Part shown: piece by piece, positions 7,908-16,697 of the stretch
How positions within the stretch are numbered: position 1 is the first letter of the stretch
Layout: each line of letters begins with the position of its first letter
Source: Promethearchaeota archaeon
Lineage (GTDB): Archaea; Asgardarchaeota; Lokiarchaeia; Sigyniarchaeales; SOKP01
Direction of reading: 5' to 3'
NCBI GenBank assembly: GCA_030606485.1
Contig: JAUWGH010000003.1
Coordinates: forward strand, 270,001-302,000
DNA length: 32,000 bases
The notes under the pieces: generated by a model
What the model saw: only the letters and a program-made list of their open reading frames with translations
The model's database searches: none
What the model was told of the DNA's origin: nothing
Made by a program: the position numbers and the translations under genes

Positions 7908-9284
7908 TTATTTAATTAATTGTAAAATTTTCATTCGGTCAATTAATAAAAAACATGCATACGCCGCCTCATGTGGTGTGAAGTATATAGTTGTTTTTTC
8001 TTTTTTTGCTAAATCTTTAAGATTTTGAAATCCTTCACTAAACATAATTAATGGAATTACTGGTTTCCCTCTTCCTGTATTGTTCCACGCCCGAATTATT
8101 CCTCGATAATGCTCATCAGATTTCATTTCTAGAAAGGGAGGTATTACAATGCATGTAACAACTATATCTATTCCCGGGTCTTCGAGCATTGCTTTTGTGA
8201 TATTGTAATATTGTTCTTCTTCCGCTACTCCAATCATATCAAGTGGATTAACCATTTTTACTAATGATATTAAATGAGGAGCCATTTTTTTTTTAAGTTC
8301 TTCAGAGAATTCAGCAAGTTTCAAGCCAAATTCTTCAGCCTTATCGCTAAATAAAACAGAACTACCTCCACTATTAGTCAAGACCCCGATTTTTTCTCCT
8401 TTTGGAAGTGGTAAAAATGAGAATGTTCTAATTGCCGTAATATAATCAGAAACATTTTCACACATAACTGCTCCAGCTTGTTTTATTGCAGTTTTAAGCA
8501 TTTTATAATCTGTAGCCATGGAACCCGTATGACTGCTAGCTGCTTTCATTCCTGAAGTAGTTCTACCACCTTTTAGGGCAATTATTGGTTTTAATGGGAT
8601 GATATCTTTTATTATTTCATAAAAAGCTTTACCATCAGTAATGGTTTCCAGATATATACAAATTATTTGAGTATTTTCATCTTCCTTGAAGAACTCGAGG
8701 ATCTCACCAAAAGATACATCAATATTATTTCCAATATTGGCAAACTTGGAGCATCCCAAATCATGTCGTTCCATCTCGTAAAAACATGCACATCCAAATG
8801 AACCAGATTGACTTATCATGCCAATATTGCCTTTAGGAGCTGATTTAATAAAAGAGGCATTAAGACCAATATCTATATTTTGTATTCCTACGCAATTGGG
8901 TCCCATAACTCTAATTCCAGCTTCTTTACACTTTTTAGCTATTTCTGCTTCAATTTTTTTCCCTTTCTCATCTATTTCTCCAAATCCGGCAGACACAATG
9001 ATTATGCGTTTAACCTTCTTTTCTATGCATTGATCCACGACCGATTCTACAATACCAGCAGGAACTAAAATAATAGCTAGATCTATGTCCTTTGGAACAT
9101 TAAAAACGGAATTATGAGTTTTTAATCCATAAATTTCTTGATTTCGAGGTGATATAAGAAATAATTCACTTTGGAGGTTTTTATTTTTAAGAATATTAAT
9201 TGTCACAGCATTTCCAAATTTTTTTGGATTGGCTGTAGCACCAATTACTGCAATTGTTTTTGGAAAAAAAAAAAGATTTGTCAT
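7908..9284 (-). CDS. ADP-forming acyl-CoA (acetate-CoA) synthetase alpha subunit / CoA-binding protein
   Basis: 458 aa. CoA-binding PKTIAVIGA, GPNCVG, SQSG, phospho-His motif KGGRT...AASSHTGSMA, TNSGG, NPLD. No ATP-grasp domain. Confidence 0.88.
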   Translation of the reverse strand: MTNLFFFPKTIAVIGATANPKKFGNAVTINILKNKNLQSELFLISPRNQEIYGLKTHNSVFNVPKDIDLAIILVPAGIVESVVDQCIEKKVKRIIIVSAGFGEIDEKGKKIEAEIAKKCKEAGIRVMGPNCVGIQNIDIGLNASFIKSAPKGNIGMISQSGSFGCACFYEMERHDLGCSKFANIGNNIDVSFGEILEFFKEDENTQIICIYLETITDGKAFYEIIKDIIPLKPIIALKGGRTTSGMKAASSHTGSMATDYKMLKTAIKQAGAVMCENVSDYITAIRTFSFLPLPKGEKIGVLTNSGGSSVLFSDKAEEFGLKLAEFSEELKKKMAPHLISLVKMVNPLDMIGVAEEEQYYNITKAMLEDPGIDIVVTCIVIPPFLEMKSDEHYRGIIRAWNNTGRGKPVIPLIMFSEGFQNLKDLAKKEKTTIYFTPHEAAYACFLLIDRMKILQLIK

Positions 9285-9288
9285 GTTC

Positions 9289-11193
9289 TTAATTTATCTC
9301 CTCATATATAGCGTCGTATTGGCATACACTAATGCATACTTTACATCCACGGCAGATTTCTTGATCAATATTTGCTTTTTTCTCTTCACTATCGAAAGAA
9401 AGAGCTGGACAACCAAATTGATTAACACAGATAAGACATCCTTTGCATTTAGAGGGATCTATTTTTACAACCGGTATTTGAATCTGCTTTGATCGAAACT
9501 CTCTTTCTTCTAACAAGGAACAAAGATGTCTTGAGATGAAAACTCTTACACCTTGAGCTTTCACAGCTTCTCGTAATTTTTCAACCATTTTATTCAAATT
9601 ATTTGAATCTTCTACCCATATATTTTCGGATGGAACTCCACATCCGCGAACAAGTTCTTCTATTACAACACGAGTCCCAGGTTCTTTTGTAATTTTTATT
9701 CCCGTCCCGGGATTATCTTGAAATCCGGTCATACTTGTCGATCTATTATCTAATATAACAACTAGTATATTATTTTGGTTATAGACAGCATTTATTAAGG
9801 CTGGAACTCCAGAATGGAAAAAAGTAGAATCACCTAGTATCGCTAATATTGGATTTTCAGTGGAGTGAATCTTAGCAAATCCATTTGCCAGTCCAATGGA
9901 GCCACCCATGCATATTTCAGTATCTATACATTCAAGAGGTTTATATACTGCCAGTGTATAACACCCAATGTCACTAGAATTTATAAATTTTATTTTTAAT
10001 TCTTTCTCTAGCAATGTGATCGCATAAAAAGTAGAACGGTGACTACAGCCTGGGCACAACACAGGAAGTCGTGGAGGAAGCGATATCTTGATATCAGGAA
10101 TATTGTTTTTTTCATATTTTATCCCAATGAAATTTGCCACTTTCTCCAAATATATTTCTCCTGAGAATTCTCCTTGTTGAGGGAAATAGTCTTTACCATG
10201 TATTTCAACTTCATTTACCAGTTTATTTTCATATGCAAGTTGTTTCAAAATGTTTTCTAGAATTGGTTCTAGTTCTTCAACCACTAATATTTTATCTACA
10301 GAAGAAAGTAATTTTCTAATGAGTTTTTTAGGTGGAGGAATGACCATACCCAGTTTAAGGATAGAAACTTTATTTTCCAAGCCGAAATCGATGAGTGTGT
10401 CAATTAATTGGGCATAAGGAATACCTGCAGCAATAAAACCATAACGAATTCCATTGATTTTTTCGGAAGATAATTTAAGAGAATTGAAGGGAAATTCATC
10501 GGCAAGATTGGAGATCTTCTCAAATCGCTCGAGTAGTTTGGTACGAAGGACACGCGAATGTGAAGGCAAACAAACCCAACGTGCGCGATCCCAATCAAAT
10601 CCATAAGGTCGGTCAATATTTTGAATCTCTCCAAGCATAACATCACCTCGACCGTGATTCAAGCGAGTCGTAGTCCTGAATAGTACAATTGTATGATGCT
10701 CCTCGGAGAACTCAAATGCATATTTGATTAAATCCTTAGCCTCTTGAGCAGTGGAGGGTTCAAACACGGGAATTAAAGCATGGAGGCCGAAATAACGATT
10801 ATCTTGCTCATTTTGGGATGAAAAACAGTTTGGATCATCGGCAGAAACCACAACCATTCCTCCACGAGCACCTGCGTAACAAGCAGTCATAAACGCATCT
10901 GATGCAACATTTAATCCTACATGTTTCATTACAGCTACGGATCTTGCATTAGACATAGACCCACCATACGCAACCTCAAACCCAACTTTTTCATTGATAC
11001 TCCACTCAATGTTTAAATGTGGGTAATAAGGTTTCATCTTTGCAAGAGTGTCTAAGATTTCTGATGATGGAGTACCTGGGTAACCCGCTCCAATTACAAC
11101 ACCAGCTTCAAGTATCCCTCGAGCAATAGCTTCATTACCGAGCATTATTACACGCTTACCAGGAATTTCTTCAGCAAAATAAGGCATACTCAT
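9289..11193 (-). CDS. iorA: Indolepyruvate:ferredoxin oxidoreductase alpha subunit
   Basis: 634 aa. LGNEAIARG, GYPGTPSSEI, EWSINEKVGFE, MKHVGLNVASD, LCPGCSHR, DIGCY, GDSTFFHSG, C-terminal 2x[4Fe-4S] (CKGCLIC...CP; CRGCKVC...C). Confidence 0.96.
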   Translation of the reverse strand: MSMPYFAEEIPGKRVIMLGNEAIARGILEAGVVIGAGYPGTPSSEILDTLAKMKPYYPHLNIEWSINEKVGFEVAYGGSMSNARSVAVMKHVGLNVASDAFMTACYAGARGGMVVVSADDPNCFSSQNEQDNRYFGLHALIPVFEPSTAQEAKDLIKYAFEFSEEHHTIVLFRTTTRLNHGRGDVMLGEIQNIDRPYGFDWDRARWVCLPSHSRVLRTKLLERFEKISNLADEFPFNSLKLSSEKINGIRYGFIAAGIPYAQLIDTLIDFGLENKVSILKLGMVIPPPKKLIRKLLSSVDKILVVEELEPILENILKQLAYENKLVNEVEIHGKDYFPQQGEFSGEIYLEKVANFIGIKYEKNNIPDIKISLPPRLPVLCPGCSHRSTFYAITLLEKELKIKFINSSDIGCYTLAVYKPLECIDTEICMGGSIGLANGFAKIHSTENPILAILGDSTFFHSGVPALINAVYNQNNILVVILDNRSTSMTGFQDNPGTGIKITKEPGTRVVIEELVRGCGVPSENIWVEDSNNLNKMVEKLREAVKAQGVRVFISRHLCSLLEEREFRSKQIQIPVVKIDPSKCKGCLICVNQFGCPALSFDSEEKKANIDQEICRGCKVCISVCQYDAIYEEIN

Positions 11194-11846
11194 AATAATT
11201 CCCTCCTAATAGATTTTCCTTTATCAATACCCAATTGAAATGCAATTCGATTTACTTCTTGAGACTTTTTGGGAATAAAACGTAAAATTGAATGTTGAAG
11301 TGAATCCTCCTTAATTGGTAATTTATCCGAACCCAAAAGAATACCTAACATAACAACATTTAATGCTTTAGATGTCCCAGCTTTTAATGCCAATTTGTCT
11401 GCATCAAAGAAATATATATTATTATGTAAATTTTTTAATTGTTGACACAGATTTTCGTTAGAAGGATATTTAAAACCCATCTGGCTAACCATAGGAGGTA
11501 TAATGATTTTATTATTTATGAAGAAATATGTATTTGGTCCAGAAAAGTTAAAGACTCGAAGTGCTTCGCTAATTTCGAGTGCTAAAATAATATCAACATG
11601 TCCCCTTGGAATCAACGGACTGGCAACCTCAGGTCCAAACCTAAGATAAGCGCTTACAGAACCACCACGTTGAGCCATTCCATGTGTTTCAGCCGTTCGA
11701 ACTTGGTAGCCATCCATTAAGGCTGCCCAAGCAAGAATTTGTGTGGTTCTAATGATACCTTGACCACCTACTCCAACATTAAGCACACTAAATCTTTTTT
11801 TTTCCACAGTCCAATTCTGTGGGACTTTATTTAATTGAATAACCAA
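11190..11846 (-). CDS. iorB: Indolepyruvate:ferredoxin oxidoreductase beta subunit
   Basis: 218 aa, TTG start. GVGGQGII, ETHGMAQRGGSV, ALNVVMLG. ATGA overlap with iorA at 11190-11193. Confidence 0.95.
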   Translation of the reverse strand: MVIQLNKVPQNWTVEKKRFSVLNVGVGGQGIIRTTQILAWAALMDGYQVRTAETHGMAQRGGSVSAYLRFGPEVASPLIPRGHVDIILALEISEALRVFNFSGPNTYFFINNKIIIPPMVSQMGFKYPSNENLCQQLKNLHNNIYFFDADKLALKAGTSKALNVVMLGILLGSDKLPIKEDSLQHSILRFIPKKSQEVNRIAFQLGIDKGKSIRRELL

Positions 11847-12189
11847 TTCAATTCACTTTTTTTTCTAATTTTTCAATAAGTAAATTTTTTTTTATTCTAA
11901 ACTCAAAAAATGAGGACCTCAAAATAATTTCCACTTAAAATATATTCATATATTCTTTATTTATAATATTACTAAAAGATATGTGGGATTAAAGTGGGCA
12001 TTTTTTAGATTTTAACATGTCATGAGAAATAGAATCCTTTATCTTCTCATTGAAATCCACGCTAATTTAACAATGGAACATAAAAAAAGTATTTTAAGAT
12101 TTATTAGTAAAGAAAAAAGATAATATTTGATAACAAAGTTTTGCCCTATGACAACAGTATTAATGTAACTCAAAAAATCATAAAGCATT

Positions 12190-13677
12190 TCATATTATTT
12201 CTTTAGAACGTCCGGTTTTTTTATCAATTTTAAAATAGCGATATTTAATATTATTTTTAGGTAATGTTCCAATTCTTGCTATTTTATTAGTAATATAATC
12301 CGGGAATAAATATTTTGATAATTGTACTAGAGTTTCTTTAGTCTCAATACAATTCAGCAACTTCAAACTCTCACAAGAATAGAAAATCTCAGAAACCAAG
12401 TCAAAATTGACATCTTCTGTGAATTTTAAAAACATTAGATTTGTGTATATCTTTTGGATTATACTCTCTAAATAATTAGTATTTTCTAATACTTTTAAGG
12501 AATCTCTCATGTAATGTATAAAAAGTGTGTAGTAAGTTGCTTCGGAAGATAAAGGACCATTTGGAAATTGTTTTACACCGTTTTTGTTTATTCTTTCGTG
12601 AATAACTGATAAGATTCTTTCGATATTTTTAATCTCCAATTTTTCTGGTAGATTTAAAAGAGCATAAATTTTTATAATAACGGCAAGTTTGCTGGTCTCC
12701 ATTAGTTTTAGATTATCAATAGCATAAAACTCCTCTTCTTCTTCTTTAATTAATTCCTCAACGAAACTTGGCTCTATATAATCATATACAATTTCACAGG
12801 CTTTTAAAAAATAATATATTTGATCAGTTTCTTCAATAAGTGGAGTATAAGTTTCTTCAATAATGGAATCATAAATTTCATCTAAAAAATTTTGAATTTT
12901 CTCTTGATCTAAGTTAATATTCAATTCATTTGCCATAAAAATTCCACAATAATAAATCTCTGGACTAGTTAAGGTTACAATTGGGGTTCTAATTAACCAT
13001 TTATTCAAATTATTTTTAATAAATGTTCGAATATGAGTGAAATTAAAATTGTTTTGAAGGTTAAAGAAATCAATAATACGATACAATAAATACATTAATT
13101 GTAATTTTATTTCTATTTTTTCAATATCTTCCAAACGCTCAATATTTATCTTATTTTCACAGAACTTTCCACATACACTATCTATTAAGCCGATATATTT
13201 CTGAAAATGTTCAATTTTTTCTGAGGCACTTAAATCTTCCTTTAATTTATTTAAATTTAAAAATAAATCTAATGGAATTAATTTTAAATTTTTTAATTTC
13301 AAAATAGTTTTAGACCCATTAATTCCGCCAATATAAAAAATAAGTATTTCTAAAAAAATTTCATTTAAAAGAGGGATAATTTTTAAGTTAAATAAATCCA
13401 AGGATGTCTGGACATTTTCTCTATATTGGGATTCAAAATATAATTCTTGAAATTTATTGCTAAGATATTCAGGATCAATTCCAAAATTAATTAATTCATG
13501 AGTTAAAACATTTATAATATCAGCTAATATATGCAGAATTTCAATTTCTTTTAAATTATCATCAGATAATAAAGATATGACAGATTTTCGTAAATATCTA
13601 TCTATTTTGTCGTAATAAGAAAGTAATTCTTCTTCAAAATATAGATCTAAAATCCGAAATATGCCTTGAAAAAGCAT
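12190..13677 (-). CDS. Hypothetical alpha-helical protein with degenerate prenyltransferase-beta (alpha/alpha barrel)-like repeats
   Basis: 495 aa, acidic and Leu/Ile rich. Recurring [EQA]-[IT]-[YF]-Y helix motif at residues 240, 286, 380 and 430 (44-50 aa period); segment RINKNGVKQFPNGPLSSEATYYTL resembles a prenyltransferase repeat. The ORF is solid, the fold call is tentative. Confidence 0.6.
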   Translation of the reverse strand: MLFQGIFRILDLYFEEELLSYYDKIDRYLRKSVISLLSDDNLKEIEILHILADIINVLTHELINFGIDPEYLSNKFQELYFESQYRENVQTSLDLFNLKIIPLLNEIFLEILIFYIGGINGSKTILKLKNLKLIPLDLFLNLNKLKEDLSASEKIEHFQKYIGLIDSVCGKFCENKINIERLEDIEKIEIKLQLMYLLYRIIDFFNLQNNFNFTHIRTFIKNNLNKWLIRTPIVTLTSPEIYYCGIFMANELNINLDQEKIQNFLDEIYDSIIEETYTPLIEETDQIYYFLKACEIVYDYIEPSFVEELIKEEEEEFYAIDNLKLMETSKLAVIIKIYALLNLPEKLEIKNIERILSVIHERINKNGVKQFPNGPLSSEATYYTLFIHYMRDSLKVLENTNYLESIIQKIYTNLMFLKFTEDVNFDLVSEIFYSCESLKLLNCIETKETLVQLSKYLFPDYITNKIARIGTLPKNNIKYRYFKIDKKTGRSKEII

Positions 13678-13818
13678 CTTGAAATATTTTATTAAACTCT
13701 TTTTAATTTATGTAATAGTGAGAAAATTATATATTTTTTTATTAAATAAAATAAAAAAAGTTAAATTTCAAAAGTTATTCCTTTTTTCTTAACTAAATTA
13801 ATATAATTTTATAGAACA

Positions 13819-14202
13819 ATGTTAAAACTTAGTGGAAAACACAAATTTTTTTTATTAATTGGAGTATTTCAAATAGTTTTATTTTTTATAGTATTTTTTT
13901 CTGTAAATGGAATTCTAACCGTTTTCGGTCAAGAAAGTTCAGATACTACTTTGTCTTATTATAATTCACCAACTGCACAGATTTTAGCAATTTCAGCGAT
14001 GTTATCTGTAGTATTTTCTGTATTTGCAGCTGCTTTCACGATAAAAACAGTTGGAACTGCGGCTATTTCTGTCTTAACTGAAAGAGAGGCTGGTTTTTTT
14101 AAAGCATTTCTAGTTACGGCCTTGGGAGAAGCTCTAGCTGTGTACGGCTTAATTTTAGCATTACTATTATGGACAAAGATACCTTATCCACCGACTGCAT
14201 GA
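13819..14202 (+). CDS. atpK: A/V-type ATPase proteolipid subunit K (c), single hairpin with N-terminal hydrophobic leader
   Basis: 127 aa. GTAAISVLTE...ALGEALAVYGLILALLL with ion-binding Glu104; extra N-terminal hydrophobic helix ending TVFG/QES. Confidence 0.92.
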   Translation: MLKLSGKHKFFLLIGVFQIVLFFIVFFSVNGILTVFGQESSDTTLSYYNSPTAQILAISAMLSVVFSVFAAAFTIKTVGTAAISVLTEREAGFFKAFLVTALGEALAVYGLILALLLWTKIPYPPTA

Positions 14203-14250
14203 CATAATTAATTTTATTTTTTATCAAATTTTAACGGTCTTGAGATTTGA

Positions 14251-15282
14251 ATGAGTATTATCATCAATGAGTATTCATATATATATATTAAATTATCTGG
14301 GCTTAGGAATTTCGTAATTGAAGATTTTTTGTATGAAGATTTTGAAAAAATTAAGGATATTCAAGAATTAATTAATTTCATATCTCCTTATTTTCCGAAC
14401 GTTAATTTTATTAGTTTTACGATTGAAGAAATTGAGAACCAACTTTATAACTCATTTTTTAAAATAATTGCAAAAATTTTTTTATCCTCTCCACAAAATA
14501 TGCGAGAATTTTTGAAATCTTATATTTTAAAATTTGAGATTGATAATATCAAACAGATTATACTTGGAATTATTTTACAAATGTCTAAGGAGGAAATTAA
14601 GCAAAACATAAATTTCGTAGTTGAAGATTATTTAGAACACAGAGAATTTATTGAAAAATTAGTTGAAATAACAAATTTGGATGAAATACAATTTTTAATG
14701 AGAGAAACCCATTATAATCAGATTATTAGAGAAGGTCTAAATTATTTTAAAAAAACTAATGAAATTTTTGTATTAGAATCCTTTTTGGATAAATTTTATT
14801 TTGAAAACTTGAAAATTCAGAAAAAAAAATTGAAGAAGGCAGAAGAAAGAATTATTGGGGCTTTTATTGACTTCAATATTGAATTGTATAACATAAATTT
14901 ACTTTATAGAGGTAATAAAAACAAGATTAATAAAGATTTGTTGGAACAATTTATTGTCCCGCATAAATTTTTTTTTAATGAGGGGCATTTAAACCATCTA
15001 TTAAATATAGAAGATCCCAATCAATTTTTGAAATATATAAATAATCAATTATCTAAAAATCAAGATTTAAAAAAAGATTTTCAAGAGATTAGTCCAAATA
15101 ATAGCAATCCAATATTAACAATAAAAAATCTATACCGAAATCATTTTTTTAATAAATTTAAACATTTGATAGATATAAAAGATTCCAGTATTTATCAGAT
15201 ATTAGAATTGTTAATTAAAAAAGAAATGGAGATTGAGAAAATTATAAAAAAAACGGTTCAGATTCTCCATCAATTAGGATAA
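14251..15282 (+). CDS. atpC: A/V-type ATPase subunit C (V0 d homologue), divergent
   Basis: 343 aa. YSYIYIKLSG (YxYxxaRi-like), KFEIDNIKQII, LESFLDKFYF, IELYNINLLYR and KKEMEI match the AhaC/NtpC pattern; position inside the ATPase operon. Confidence 0.8.
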   Translation: MSIIINEYSYIYIKLSGLRNFVIEDFLYEDFEKIKDIQELINFISPYFPNVNFISFTIEEIENQLYNSFFKIIAKIFLSSPQNMREFLKSYILKFEIDNIKQIILGIILQMSKEEIKQNINFVVEDYLEHREFIEKLVEITNLDEIQFLMRETHYNQIIREGLNYFKKTNEIFVLESFLDKFYFENLKIQKKKLKKAEERIIGAFIDFNIELYNINLLYRGNKNKINKDLLEQFIVPHKFFFNEGHLNHLLNIEDPNQFLKYINNQLSKNQDLKKDFQEISPNNSNPILTIKNLYRNHFFNKFKHLIDIKDSSIYQILELLIKKEMEIEKIIKKTVQILHQLG

Positions 15283-15320
15283 ATCAGTAATTAAAAAAAA
15301 ATAGAAAATGGAAGAACAAA

Positions 15321-15632
15321 ATGGAAATTTTCGTGTGGGTTAAAGAACTGGAAGAAAAATACCAGGATATAATACACAATGCAAAGAAAAAAATTGAAAA
15401 TGAAATTGAGACTATAAGACAAAAAAACTTGGCATCTCTTAAAAAAACCACTGTTAAATTGGAAAAAATAAGGCGTAAAACCATTAATGCGGTAAGAGAA
15501 AATCTAAATAAAGAAGTATCAAAATGTTTTGAAAGAGAAGAAATATTATTTAAAGATTTAGAGAAGCTATTCGAAGAGAATAAGGAACGAATTACAGAAG
15601 AAGTAAAAAAAAGGATTGGAATTAATTTTTAG
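15321..15632 (+). CDS. A/V-type ATPase peripheral-stalk subunit H/G (putative)
   Basis: 103 aa, highly charged coiled coil (VKELEEKYQDIIHNAKKK); size and position fit subunit H/G. Confidence 0.6.
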   Translation: MEIFVWVKELEEKYQDIIHNAKKKIENEIETIRQKNLASLKKTTVKLEKIRRKTINAVRENLNKEVSKCFEREEILFKDLEKLFEENKERITEEVKKRIGINF

Positions 15633-15652
15633 AGTAAATGAGTTAAGAGAAT

Positions 15653-15961
15653 TTGGGTAGAATTTTTGTGTTAGCTGAAGAGGAAATTGTAATCCTTTTC
15701 GGATTACTTGGAATTGAGGGAATTATTTTGGAAAATCCTTTAGAATTTTATATTGAATTTGAAAAAGTGATTCAAGATCCCCAAGTTGAATTAATTATTA
15801 TCTCAGAAAACATTTTTGAGCAAAATTTACAACTTTTATTAGATTTTAAAGTTTCCAGAAATAAGCCAATAATTATTGAAGTTCCAAATTTTATTAAAAA
15901 AGAGAAGGGAGAAGATCTAATAAGAAAATTAGTTACAAAATATTTAGGAGGGCGCTTTTAA
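15653..15961 (+). CDS. atpF: A/V-type ATPase subunit F
   Basis: 102 aa, TTG start. IFVLAEEEIVILFGLLGIEG, LIIISE, PIIIEVP match the NtpF/AhaF pattern. Confidence 0.88.
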   Translation: MGRIFVLAEEEIVILFGLLGIEGIILENPLEFYIEFEKVIQDPQVELIIISENIFEQNLQLLLDFKVSRNKPIIIEVPNFIKKEKGEDLIRKLVTKYLGGRF

Positions 15962-15974
15962 GGAGATATTGGAT

Positions 15975-16697
15975 ATGAATGAAAAAGATTTAGATTTGAA
16001 TAAGTCATTCGGAAAAATTGGAATATTTTTAATGGAAAAGGCTCAAAAAGAGGTAAATAAATTTTTAGAAAATTCAGAAAAATTAAAAACTGAACTAGAA
16101 ATTAAATTACTGAAGAATATAGATAAAAGAAAGGTTAGGATGAGACAGGAATTTATTAATCAATATAACGAAATAATAAATAAATTTAAATCTGATTCAA
16201 TTCTGAAATTGAGAGAGAGCTTTCTTGAAAGAAAAAATGAAATTATTGATATTTTTAAAACTTTTTTATTAGATTCAATTAGAAAAGATATAGAAGCAAA
16301 TATCAAAAAATATCATGAGTTTTTAGGCATAAAGTATAAAGAAATGATGCCAATGATTAAAGAAGAGGCAACTTTTCTTAGCTTTAACAAGAGAGACTAT
16401 GATTTTTTTAAGAAAAATCCCGAATCTTTAAAAAAAATATTTTTAAAGAACTGTCAGATAAATAATAAAGTAATCCAAAGTATAGGAGGATTCGTAGCAA
16501 ATTCAAAGGAAGGTTTAATTTCTTTTGATTATACATTAGAAAATCTTATTAATAAGCAGATGGATTTTATTAATTTTGAATTCGAAAAATTATTTGAAAA
16601 GTTAGAGATTGATAAAATAGAATTTGAATGTGAGAATAAGATTGAAGAATTAAAAAAAAAAATTTTGAGGTTTTTGGAAGAATTTGACAAAATTTAA
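15975..16697 (+). CDS. atpE: A/V-type ATPase subunit E, with C-terminal helical extension
   Basis: N-terminal coiled coil plus C-terminal SIGGFVA...ISFDYTLENL motif. ATG 15975 is preferred over TTG 15969 because AGGAG lies 9 nt upstream. Overlaps atpA by 14 nt. Confidence 0.82.
   Translation: MNEKDLDLNKSFGKIGIFLMEKAQKEVNKFLENSEKLKTELEIKLLKNIDKRKVRMRQEFINQYNEIINKFKSDSILKLRESFLERKNEIIDIFKTFLLDSIRKDIEANIKKYHEFLGIKYKEMMPMIKEEATFLSFNKRDYDFFKKNPESLKKIFLKNCQINNKVIQSIGGFVANSKEGLISFDYTLENLINKQMDFINFEFEKLFEKLEIDKIEFECENKIEELKKKILRFLEEFDKI

Noticed and set aside
12022-12050. Hairpin ATGAGAA...TTCTCAT downstream of the 495-aa gene, superficially SECIS-like (AUGA, AA in the loop)
   Set aside because: The upper stem is too short for a SECIS, and no neighbouring gene has an in-frame TGA at a Cys-like position.
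12022-12123. 33-aa + strand ORF (MRNRILYLL...) in the iorB/hypothetical gap
   Set aside because: No SD, motif or compositional support; ORFs of this size are expected by chance.
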